A stretch of 64,000 nucleotides of DNA from the NCBI GenBank assembly GCA_047495785.1, contig JBLDXI010000038.1, positions 372,001 through 436,000 of the forward strand, read 5' to 3'. The notes beneath the pieces were generated by a model. The model was not told where the DNA came from and made no database searches. It saw nothing but the letters and a program-made list of their open reading frames with translations. Each line of letters begins with the position of its first letter. The stretch's first letter is position 1. Below, in pieces: positions 12,613-23,705 of the stretch. Origin of the DNA: Lepidodermella squamata (Eukaryota; Animalia; Gastrotricha). A program made the position numbers and the translations under genes.

Positions 12613-15036
12613 ATGGCAACCTACGACGGAGGTCCGCCAACTATCATTCATGTGCACTTGACGCGGCCGACGTCAAGTGACCAGCCGGCTCATGCCGACT
12701 CGTGGGGATTCCGCCTGTTGCAGAGCTCGGCTGGCGTCGCCGTGCAATCAGTGCAGCGCGGCACCCTTGCCGACATTTGCGGTCTGCTGGTCGGCGACGA
12801 GCTGATGCGCATAAACGGCCGCGAAACAGCCGGCATGTCGTTGGAGGACGCTCGCGCTGCCATCACTGCCGCCGGCAACGACGTCGAGCTCGTCGTACAG
12901 CGAGGCCCTACACGCCTGTGGCAGCCTCAGGTGACCTACAACACGGGTGCCACGACGACGACTACGACGCACCACCAACAACATCAGGTTCACGTTGGCG
13001 GCAACTACATTGGTTCGCAACAAATTTTGACTGGGGCGCACGAAACGCCGCACCGCCAGAACAGCCGTCGGCAGCAGCATCACGGCCATCACGGACACGC
13101 CAGTGCAAATCATCACGTTAATAACAGCAGCCAGCCTGCACGCCCGCCGTCAGTTCTGCACAACTTGTCGCAACCTTATGGTGGTCCGGTCCATTCTGCG
13201 ACGCCTGTCAACTGGTCACTGGCGATGACTCCTAAACATGTAATGATTTAATAGGCTGGTTATAAATATGTTGCTGGAAGATCTTGGAAATTGGCTCGAT
13301 AAAATATAGGTTTTAGGTACCAGATATTTCCACCACTCAACTTGAGGTTAAAGCACTCATGTTGAAATTTAGGCGCTCTAGCACCACATATTTCAGATTT
13401 TTTCTTACAATGTTGACTTTATCTTCAATGATGCCCCATGTGAACTTAGCCTATATTTTTATTTTACCTATTTGGGACCCTCAAGTATGTAGATATCTTT
13501 ATAGCGTCTTCTTCCTAGGCTGATTATATCGGAAAAATCATTGATTTCTGAAATCGATACGTAAATCGATATCGCCCCTGCAGGCCTAATTATGCCTTGT
13601 AAATTGACCACCGATACCACGAAAACGCCCATTGGTGGGATCTATAGGTTTGACATGATAGTAAAACGTTTCAAATTCAAAGGTAACTCAGGAAACTGAA
13701 ATAACCTCATATTGGAGGAATCCAGTGCTGGAGCATCTTTTATCTTCAACTATATCATTATAAATTTGCATGATTTTTCTGGTTGATTGAACAAAAGGGT
13801 TGGATCTTAGGTTTGATTCCTGATTTCATAACGATATTAATATTAAGGATTTGCCAAACCTCGCAGATGGAAGATCGATGATTCATTTCTTAAAAATATA
13901 AAATTCCAACATACCGAGTTGGAATACGTTTGAAATTGAGAGCTTAAATGAACAAATAATAAGATATTCGTAATGGTTCTTTTTCACCTTATCCTTCATG
14001 ACTCTTGAACATCACCTTTATTTCGGTTACCTATTTATTGAATTTATTCAAATTTCAGGAAGTTCGCATTGTGACTATGTTCAACTCGCCGCCGAAACCG
14101 TTTTACCTGTCGAATGTTTCGGCTTTGGACCACCGACGTCACGGCGGTCGGATGCACCAATCGGCGTTTGAGCACGGTAGCTACGCCGGTGCTGAAGACG
14201 AACTTGTTTACGAAACGGCGCTCGGCCATCACGATGAAGTTCGCTCCAACTCGACCGGCGGCAGTCGTTACGGCCGCCACCGTAATCATTGTTAGCTCAT
14301 CGAACCCAATTTATCGAACCTCTTAATCAAAGCCTATATTTTGTAGACGCCTCTTCGCGCGATGCGGAGTACGAAGAAGAGCCTCGTCGCCAATCAGGAA
14401 AGGCCGGTTCGTGGCTTAAAAATGGTGTGCCGGTATTGCCGACCAGTTTCGCGCCTCCACCGCCGCCTCCGGTATTAATTTTAGGTATCTTTAATTTCAC
14501 AGGCTGCTTATGCCTTTTTTTAGCCTCCACCACCGCCACCGATGTCGCATTCCCATCATCACCATCGAAGCCTGTCAACAGGCCCTCGTGGACCTCGCGG
14601 CCCGGCAATAAACGCCGGCGTCGGCATCTTGGTTGGAGCCAATGGGGGAACTGCAAGTAGCGATTCCTCCAATGACCCGCCCCGTTGCATGGCATGTACC
14701 GGATTCGTCACGTAAGCTTGATTTAATATAGCCACTTGCTTTATTTCATTCCGATTTTTTTCAGTGGAGTTTTCGCAAAAATTCGTGGCCGACCTATTCA
14801 CCCAGAATGGTGAGCTGAAAGAAATAATAATTACAAGAAATTTAAAATGCTTTTTTTGTTTAGTTTCCGTTGCACGACCTGCGGAACCAGCTTGAAAAAC
14901 AAAGGTAGCTTAATTCCTCGGTTCATCGATTATCGCAAAATATCCCTGTTTTATAGGTCACTTCTGGAACAACGAAAGACTGTACTGTGAAGTCCACGCC
15001 AGGCAGATGGATACATCACGCAGTGTGCTCTATTAA
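12613..15036 (+). CDS. PDZ and LIM domain protein, ALP type (PDZ + one C-terminal LIM)
   Basis: PDZ 'WGFRLLQ...VQRGTLADICGLLVGDELMRING'; spliced last exons give one LIM 'CMACTGFV-GVFAKIRGRPIHPEC-FRCTTCGTSLKNKG-HFWNNERLYCEVHA' ending TAA 15034-15036. Confidence 0.85.
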
Positions 15037-16235
15037 GAGAAAACATTTTTGTTGATATATATTGAAAAATACTCGATGACTATTATACTATATTATACTT
15101 TGAATATACTGCCTTATATTGTATATCTCAGATTGTATATTTATACAAACCACACAATCGCCGTGATGTTTCGACTAATCTTTTACTCATCTTCGAATCC
15201 GCGACTCGAGACAAATTTTCGAGCTAAAAGACTTAACGATGTAAACTCCTATTTATTATTTACGGTATTTTAGCTGGAAATTGTTTTGAGTTGAAAAATT
15301 GTCTCTCTCTCTATGCCAAAAAAATGAATACTTGATATCTGTGTTCATCCGTGCTGGTTTTATTGTCTTGCCGATGTTATTAGCTTCTCTCTCTCTCGAC
15401 TCATCAACAACTGTTCAATTTTTGACTGCCTCAGAGTAATTCGTCGCACCAACCTCGCCGTGTAGATAAGGCGGTTGCATTTTCGAGCCTTTTCTTCTGC
15501 GAGAAAATTTTTCAAATCATCGATTTTTTTCAGAGCGTAACAAATAAAAGGAAACTATACGCTCACGTACTTGCGATATAAGAGCAGTAATATTGATCCG
15601 TTGGAAAAATCATGCACGAAATTTGTCATGATTGACTCATTTGATTGGATGAATAATCAAACGGAAAATAAAACGACGAATGATTTTTGGTACTATGAGA
15701 GAGTAATTCCTTTAACTGAAAAATGAGATCGCGCACTTTACAAGTGGCTTAAGAGGAGGTGTTGATTTCGCACCTGGGCGGCACTGACAGTACGGAAATG
15801 GTGCGTAGGTCCACCGAGAGACCTGAGCGCAGACGCTATAACATGTTTTTTTGAGATATAATACTACGAGCAATGCATGCACTCACCCAAACAGCCGATG
15901 CACTACAACGCTGAATATTAGGACAAAGTGCAAAACGTGCCGGTTAGAATAACAGTGGCTTATATACTTAATTGAAAAAAATAAATGGTACCCAGCCAAA
16001 CTCTGAATCTTCACTGAAACATGGCATAGCGAAAAATTGCTAATTTCGGAAATTATCAATGACATTTTAGTCGCGTGCCAAGGCGTCATCAAGTGTTGTT
16101 ATCAAGTTCAACAACTTGTTGCCTCTAATTTCCAGACTCGCCCCTCCTACTCATTTTTCATCATCGTCCCCAGGCGATTACAACTTGCAACATTTTTATA
16201 ACTACATAACTTGAAAAATTCTAGCTTGAAATAGT

Positions 16236-16908
16236 ATGAATGGTGGCATGATAAATCAAATTGTTGTCACCGGTTGGCTTCTCTCGATACCGGTCACGGC
16301 TACCTTAATCCACACCGCGGCAAAGAGCGACGCAACTGATTTGATGCAGAAACTAACCGCTGCTATTGTAGACCGCTCTATGGGCAGAAATGCAAGCATG
16401 GACGAAGCGAAACAGCATCAACAGCAACAGCTAACTTGCCTGCAAGGTACACTTGTTCGTAACAAAAAATTATGATCTTTTATTTTTCTTTAGAAATGAC
16501 AATAGCCATTCTTATTTGTCGACTGGACACGAGAGGCCGTCGCGACGTTTCATGGGCTAATTCTGAATCAACAAATTTAACCCCCAGTCCATCGCCAAGA
16601 ACCTTAGTTCGAATAACACGTGATCATCTTAGCGACTTTCGAAGAGACTGTTGTAGAAACACTGCTAATGGGCGACCCAAGGTAAGACCATATTTTATTT
16701 CAATTTTTTTTAAATTTAGGCAACGGTGTAATTTTATATCCAACGCTAATTTGAATTTAACGCTAGCCTATTATAATTCTGTGGAATTTTTTCCACACCA
16801 TATCAGGAAATAATTCGTACTCATGTTGTTCTTTAGGTGCAATGCCGGCCGACAAAACTGTGCCCGGAGAGGATTTTCAATGTCGGATCCATGTTACCTG
16901 CTGCATAG
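16236..16908 (+). CDS. Divergent insulin/relaxin-like prepropeptide 1
   Basis: Exons 16236-16446, 16494-16681, 16837-16908. Hydrophobic N-terminus; B-like LTCLQEMTIAILICRLDT-RGRR; C-peptide ending RITR; A-like DHLSDFRRDCCRNTANGRPKVQCRPTKLCP. Confidence 0.75.
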
Positions 16909-17502
16909 TTGTTGTTCTGTCGCTTACATTTTATACATCAGATAATCAAATATTTGATCCATGAGTCGTCACTGCTAATTGTGTGCCATCCTGTTTGCCG
17001 GCTTGTTTACCATTCCGGTGAGATCGTGTCTGAAAAAGTTTGGCTAATCATCTCCGCCCATCTTGCTTTCAACTTTTGTTGCGCATTTACGTTGCTTGGT
17101 TTTATATTTCATATCGAAGAAGAAAAATAAAAACGAAAGCTTGTTGATGATGGTTTCGTTTTATTAGGCCATGTCCAAGGTTTTCAAAAGAGTCTGACGT
17201 TGTAGGACATATCTTCAAATAAGTGCATAGTAGCATCAATATTATACATTTATTCACAAACAGCAAAGTACAAAATTAATCAATTTCTCAAATCATTACC
17301 AAGTCATAATTTAGACAGCCGAAAGAGTATGACGTTTAAGATCATGTGTGATGGAAAATAGTTTTCTAATTTTTTAATCGTCATTTTTTGTCATTTTCCC
17401 AAATTTCCACAGTAACATTCGGCGCTCATTTCGGACAAGAGTATTAACATAAAACAGACAACAAATTCAAAGAGAGGCAGACATAAAATGTTCGAGTTGT
17501 TT

Positions 17503-18321
17503 CTATACAAAGTCTTTAATGCTTCTTTTTCACAACTTTCGACCTATTTGCTTGCGAAATCCCCGGAACATTGCGACACATCCTGCTCGGCCTGCAGGCC
17601 AGCTTCGGCAGGGCAGCTATGCCATCAGAACAACAGTGCCTGATGAAATGCACTCGACTGTCTCGCTTTTCGACTCTGGCGCCGATTATTTCAAAAGATT
17701 CGCCATCCTCTTCGAAAAACAGTATAAAATTACGCTATTGAAAAATTAAAGATAGGTAATTTACCGGTTCCTCTTTGCTGGTCATCAATTGAGCGCTTTT
17801 TTCTTGAAGTGGATGAGCACATAGTTAACGTTAGCCATACTAAATTTGGGAAATTTCTGCATAGAGGCTGCCGCCCTATTCAAGTTTAACAGACCTAGCT
17901 CGTAGCAGTTCATTTTAGGTGAAGCAAGTTGGCCGTTCGGACTTCGCAATGGATGTGGTAGCGGTGGCGCCATCGCTGTCATGTTAACTGTCGCGATAAG
18001 GTCCCGCTCAACCCGCCGCATCAGTCGCTGACTAACAGTAGGTTGACTAACCGTAGCGGTTGTAGTCAGATCTTGCGAGTTGCTTTGCAAAAAACTTTGA
18101 AGCTCATCGAGATCCGCAAGTGAGTTCAGGCTCATCGACACCGGTTGTTCTGCTTCCATGTGGCTGATAAAAGCATTCTGGTCCTCGGTCAAGGATTGCT
18201 CCGGCCGATCGTTTGAAGAAGTTGGAGGTCTCGTTACAACAGTTATAGTAATTAAAGTTGTGACTAAGGCGGCGGCTAGGGCCATAGAGACGATTGTTTC
18301 CCATGCCACTGACTCTGGCAT
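17503..18321 (-). CDS. Divergent insulin/relaxin-like prepropeptide 2
   Basis: Exons 18321-17895, 17839-17765, 17709-17503 (two 55-nt introns). Signal-like N-terminus, long pro-region, B-like MNCYELVWLTLTMCSSTS-RKKR, C-peptide ending RVEKR, A-like DSRVHFIRHCCSDGIAALPKLACRPSRMC plus tail with KR. Confidence 0.75.
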
Positions 18322-18905
18322 TGTTGTCTTGCGGTTGATTATTATCAAATATCAAATAGGATTAACAGCAAATAAAAAGTGCCACGATGAAGTTTAAGTA
18401 AAAAAAATTAAAACTGGCGCGTGCTAGAATTGTTTGAATCGCGTTTTCTGTTCGCACGTGTGTTTATTCCGAATGTTCGAAACTGCAAAATAATGAGATC
18501 TAAGAACAAAGGAAAACTTGGACTTCGAAAGAACAGGTGTAGCAAAGAGTTACCTTATTGTGGTTGACGATCGAATTATAGGCAATCAGCATCCCGCTGT
18601 GTTTCTATTGTAGACAAACATGTTCGAGTACCAGACTTGTTGAAGACGATAGATACGACGCATTTCTAAAAATAATAATTCAGCTGTGGCATTGCGCAAT
18701 GAAAATCCACGCGCCAGATATTGAGCACAAGTTGGCGTGATATGTTTTCAAATGTGGCGCCAGAGGTTACTTCGGTTTCCTGTAAAGGTTAACATAAACA
18801 ACTGGGCATTCACTTTTGAAAACTACTTGCTCTAAACACACGTAATTACCAAGGTTATCCGAACCATTTTTGTGATTATAGTTTCGATTAAATTCCAAAT
18901 GCAAA

Positions 18906-19509
18906 ATGGTAATCAGTTATCTAGTATGGAGTTATAGCTATTTGACTGTTTCTTGTTATGAATAGGGTCTTGAATACCGGCTATCCGGAAACTTATTCGC
19001 AACTTCTTTTGTTGTTGTTTTTGTTGCCTTAATCAATCTCGATGTTGTCTCATGCCATTTCGAATCCACCGTGGCACCAACAGCAGCGCCGTCGTCGCCT
19101 TCACTCAGCTGCCTGCAGGAGATGACTATCACGCTGATGATATGCCGATTGGACACTCGAGGGCGCCGTGAAGCCACTGTACCAGCCAGCATGGACTGCA
19201 ATGGATCCTCAGCCGAATGCCCAACAACTACGACATCGCAATCAGGCCCCATTATCATGCCGGCTCTTTCACGTAGGCATTCATTATAGGATTTTTTGAA
19301 GCCAAATGAAATTCCTTATAGGTTTCATGTCATCTCCCGTCGGCTCCCTGTTCCGCGCGGGCGGTGTTCGTCAGCGACGTGATCATTTGGATGATTTTCG
19401 CCGAGATTGCTGCCGTGGGTCCATCAACGGCCGTCCCAAGTTCCCGTGCCGCCCGACCAAGCTCTGTCCGGATAAGCTGGTTGGACTGCCGAGGCATTTC
19501 AACGTCTAA
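18906..19509 (+). CDS. Divergent insulin/relaxin-like prepropeptide 3
   Basis: ATG 18906-18908 followed by intron; exons 18966-19272, 19322-19509. Signal peptide (LFATSFVVVFVALINLDVVSC), B-like LSCLQEMTITLMICRLDT-RGRR, RQRR, A-like DHLDDFRRDCCRGSINGRPKFPCRPTKLCP. Confidence 0.75.
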
Positions 19510-19899
19510 AAGGCACACTCGGCTGAATCCGATCTTTCGTTATGGATCTCAAATGACATTTAGTTTGATGATTTTTTTTCCAATCTTTCTCATCGTTGTT
19601 GTGATCTTCCTATCTACAAGTGTCTCAGCGAGCTTCTGCACTGTTTTACGCATCATTTTTTTAGCCCGTCCCTTCACATGAGCAGCTAACAAACAATTGG
19701 ACTATTTATTTTTATGAGTTCCTGTATATACATAATTATTACGAATTATTAGCAAAGCGTAGTTGTTTAGTCGCATGATGAATAAAGCATGTTTCAGTTC
19801 GCTTGAAAGTTGAAAGTGTATCTAATTGTTGTTGCTATATAAATAACTTGATCGATGAAGCCGATCGAATTCACAACAGCATATCGAAAATTCAGGAAA

Positions 19900-20304
19900 T
19901 TCCCGCTTGTCCAGAAAATATCACCAAAAACCCCACTTGTCAAGCACCCAATAGAAACCCAAAAAAAGTTCAAGCAACACTCAAAAAACGATTTTATTTA
20001 GAATCACGAAAAATTGGGTGAAAATTGGGCAGAATTTAGGGAGAAATTGCAGGCGACAGGTATCGAATCGGGCAGCATTCACCCCAATCGAACAGCACTT
20101 AGCCACGAGTTCCGGAAAAATCGGGCAGAACTCGCCCATAAATTCGCGAAAGTCGGGCAGAATTCGTCCAGTATGTCGCGTAGATCAAGAAACAATCGGC
20201 CAGCTTTCGATGAAATCCGAGATAGCTCGGGCAGCATTGGATCCCAGTAATCGCAACACGGCATCCCTTGCGACATTGAAAGCTAGAAGTTACAGCGAAT
20301 CGAG
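19900..20304 (+). repeat. Dispersed repeat copy A (inverted relative to copy B at 21318-21513)
   Basis: 20079-20304 is nearly identical to the reverse complement of 21318-21499 apart from a 30-nt and a 12-nt indel; cccgcttgtccaga at 19902 also matches; internal (a/g)tcgggcagaa subrepeats. Confidence 0.9.
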
Positions 20305-20660
20305 CGAGTCTCGTTGGGGCATTTTGCTGTAACGATTCGCCTGTTCAACGAGATTCGGAGGAAAATCTCTGTGCGAAGCTTCTGCATTTGCATTTTCCAT
20401 TCATCTTCGGTTCCTGCGGAACCTCGATTCATACAGTCATTCGTACAAGAAAAGTGTTTCTGTATTCTGAGCCATCCAAGATTGCTTAATTCCCACATGG
20501 TTGGTTATTTTTGCTTATCGCTAAAAGATAAAATGAGTCACCACCTTGCCGGTGCGATAAAATGTAGTTACTTTTTTACTATTCTTCCTGTTTAACTAAG
20601 CGAGAGTATTTAACAATCCACATTTCCGGTTTCTTCTTTGCGAAAAAACAACAAATAATT

Positions 20661-21077
20661 ATGGCTCCTATGTTGCCAGTTTTTACCTTCATTTTTTTGT
20701 TCATTTCTCATTCACTCGTCCAAAGCCGACCGATCGCCGAGCAGTTAGATGTTGAGCTGCAAGCGCCTGCGGCTGGCTCACCACAAAAGGCTATCAAATG
20801 GAGCTCAGATGCGAATTTTCCGGGCGACATGGAAGAGGCGGCGTTGAATTCGTTCACCAAAGCCTATGCCCAGTTCGGAATGCAAGGCAATTCGATTGCG
20901 CAGCAAATAACAACCGATCTTCAACGCATGTTCCCGAACGGTAACTGGCAGGCGTTTGTTTACGAGTTCAAAATTCCGAACGGAGCGTCTTACTCCCATC
21001 GAACACCCTACATGATTTCCATGATCATTGGCGATTACATGGCTCTGGTTTTCCGACAAGACGTGGCGAAATCCTAA
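20661..21077 (+). CDS. Secreted protein with dynein light chain (LC8)-like domain; intronless
   Basis: Signal peptide MAPMLPVFTFIFLFISHSLVQS; 'DMEEAALNSFTKAYAQF...IAQQITTDLQRMFPNGNWQAFV...SYSHRTPYMISMIIGDYMALVFR' parallels LC8 ([60 protein letters not shown]). Confidence 0.7.
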   Translation: MAPMLPVFTFIFLFISHSLVQSRPIAEQLDVELQAPAAGSPQKAIKWSSDANFPGDMEEAALNSFTKAYAQFGMQGNSIAQQITTDLQRMFPNGNWQAFVYEFKIPNGASYSHRTPYMISMIIGDYMALVFRQDVAKS

Positions 21078-21288
21078 ACCTGTGAATTTTACAATTTTAC
21101 ATCTGTTCATTCGACTTTCATTGTTGTATGTACCGGTGCCCTGATCTTCATTCTGCATTTTTTTGCTACAGATGACAAAGAGGAGGGAATAAATTATTTC
21201 AACTAAACGCCTCATCGGGTCTATTTCAACTCTCGCGAAATATTTGTTTTTTCATTGTGAAATTCCTTTTTATTTCATTTTATATGTG

Positions 21289-21626
21289 TTATCCGGGTCG
21301 TATCGTAAAATTCAATTCTCGATTCGCTGTAACTTCTAGCAAGGGATGCCGTGTTGCGATTACTGGAATCCAATGCTGCCCGAGCTTTCTCGGATTTCAT
21401 CGAAAGCTGGCCGATTGTTTCTTGATCTCCGCGACATACTGGACGAATTCTGCCCGATTTTTCCCGAACTCGTGGCTAAGTGCTGTTCGATTGGGGTGAT
21501 CTGGACAAGCGGGCATTTTTTGATATAAAAATACAAAAATATCAAAAAATCCCTGCTTTGAAGAAGGTTTTATGGGTTTATAATTCGGCCATTAAGAAGG
21601 CATATTTTACGATACGATCCGGATAA
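21289..21626. mobile_element. MITE-like element (~340 bp) containing repeat copy B
   Basis: 23-bp TIRs ttatccgg(g/a)tcgtatcgtaaaat at 21289-21311 and 21604-21626, one mismatch, TA-rich flanks. Confidence 0.7.
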
Positions 21627-22563
21627 TATATAATACCTAGGCTAGTTTCATCTCATCGAACAATCATCACCTGAAATATGATCAACCGAACAGTTTCTAG
21701 AAGAGATCGAAATAAATAAAATGGATTTCCCACCTCTACTACTTCTTTTATCAGGGAAGCATTGGTGATTTTTTGAGAAAATCCGAATATACACTCTAGC
21801 TGACAGGTGTACAGTTTGACCGGTGGCTTTGTTTATCGCCCGCAGCTGTTATATCCGGGCAGCGTTATGCAAACGCATCACCGTGGTTCGCTTAGCGCCG
21901 CGCTCGCCTCGAGAGCGGGTTTTCTTTCGCCGTGATAAGACACAGCCAGAACAGTCGCATATAGCGCAGTCTTATAGCCGCGCACAACAAGCCCAGCTCT
22001 ACGGGCGCCCGGCAACTGTCCTTCACCTCAGCGTCGCTGCAGTCAAATCGCGCCTTGTTTGTTTTGTTATCTCCTAGGCGCGCGCGACTCGGCCGCGCGG
22101 TTCCGTCTTCCGAACGTACATAAACGCGCCTTGAAGATGGCGCCGTTGTTTACGCGACTAACCCAGTGACGATGCGATGCCGTAATGGTACAACAACAAT
22201 GCCAGCAATCGCATGCCGCGGTGGAGTCGAGATTATTATTATTATTACAGCAATCAAGCAATATACCAGCTGGCCGGTTATAATATGGACCCGCTCAGCG
22301 CTTTTCTCTAGAACTTTCGCGCGCAGGCACGCGCGCCGATCTGACCGCTAAAAATATTGCAATAAAACCAAGTTGTAGCCAATAATACCTTTGGCGGCTC
22401 ATTCTTTTTTAGCTTGTTTATACAATACATCATCACTCAGTCGAATCGAAACCAGATTTATACCCGGCCGGCGAATTGCAGCTAACAACCATATTGCATT
22501 AAGTGATTTCTTATCTCCTGAAAAATTATTGTTCTCATCCTAGGCACTTTTATTCTGAACCTA

Positions 22564-23705
22564 ATGCGCACTGTGTTAATTTTTTTCGGCTTCGTAGCCG
22601 CCACCCACGCGTCACTGGTAATTATTTGGCTATTAAATTGCCTTGATTTTGCAATTCAACCTTTCTCGACAGTTCGATTATGATAATGACGGTGGACTCG
22701 AGTATGCCAAAGCAAACGGCCTGCTTTCAGCTGTTAGTTAAACAAATTTTACCCCGCTTAGCCTTCAATTCTATCGATTTATTTCCAGGACGGTAAAAAG
22801 CCGAACGCCATCGGATTTGATAGCATTGTGACCGATCCATGCCTGATGCACCACTGTGCTCATGGCAAAGAGTGCGTGGTCGATGGCGAAGGAAATCCGG
22901 GTTGCATTTGCGTCCGTTCCTGCCCTGAAGAGACCGCCGATACCGATTTGGTGTGCAGCAATCAAAACGTTACCTTCCGCAGCTTGTGCCACCTTGATCA
23001 GATGCGATGCTGGTGCCGGCAACATTCGGAACGCTGCTCAGATTCCCACTTTTCACGCTCGTTCTTGGACTACTACGGCGCATGCAAGGAGATGCAGAAA
23101 TGCTCAGAGGATGAACTGGAAGACTTCCCGCGTCGTCTCCGTGAATGGTTCTTCCTCGTTATGGATGAAATGGTAATAAAGCTTGCCAAATTGTCGGTCT
23201 ATCTTACGTTTTTATTCAAATTTAGTCACAACGCAATCTGTTGCCCGAACGTCTTCAAAAGATGGTTGCTGAAGGCCGTCACAAGGAAAAGAACAAGGTT
23301 TTACCAGCCATCTGGAAGTTCTGTGAAATGGACTCACAACCTCGTAACAAGTAATTTTTATGCTAGAACCTTTTAGCATCTCTATGACATGCATTTTCAA
23401 TTATTCAAGACTTGAAAATTTCCAATGTCAAAATATTAGGAAAACTTCTCAATATTCGAAAATTTTGTATTTTCAGTGCCGTGACTCGTCGTGAGCTGAT
23501 TCCGCTGATAAGTCAAATAAAATCGAACGAGCATTGCACGGACCAAATGGTGGACAAGTGCGACCTTAATGGCGATCACCTGATCACCCTCGACGAATGG
23601 GCAACAAGTCTTCACTTTTCATACGACGACATCTCAGAGTGGATTGGCCGATGTGACGACCTGGTTACAGTTCACGAACTGAAGCACACTTACACCATTG
23701 TTTAG
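22564..23705 (+). CDS. SPARC: SPARC / osteonectin
   Basis: Signal peptide exon MRTVLIFFGFVAATHAS; follistatin-Kazal 'DPCLMHHCAHGKECV...VCSNQNVTFRSLCHL...LDYYGACK'; EC domain 'FPRRLREWF', 'AIWKFCEMD', EF hand 'CDLNGDHLITLDEW'. Confidence 0.93.

Noticed and set aside
17782-17787. Tandem TGA TGA ending the 17785..18348 ORF, suggestive of selenocysteine readthrough
   Set aside because: A 55-nt intron (17894-17840) changes the frame; the spliced frame reads ATT GAT GAC and restores the conserved Cys pattern.
20014-21545. Matching short ORFs (MPCCDYW..PELSRISS) on opposite strands
   Set aside because: By-product of the inverted repeat copies, not genes.
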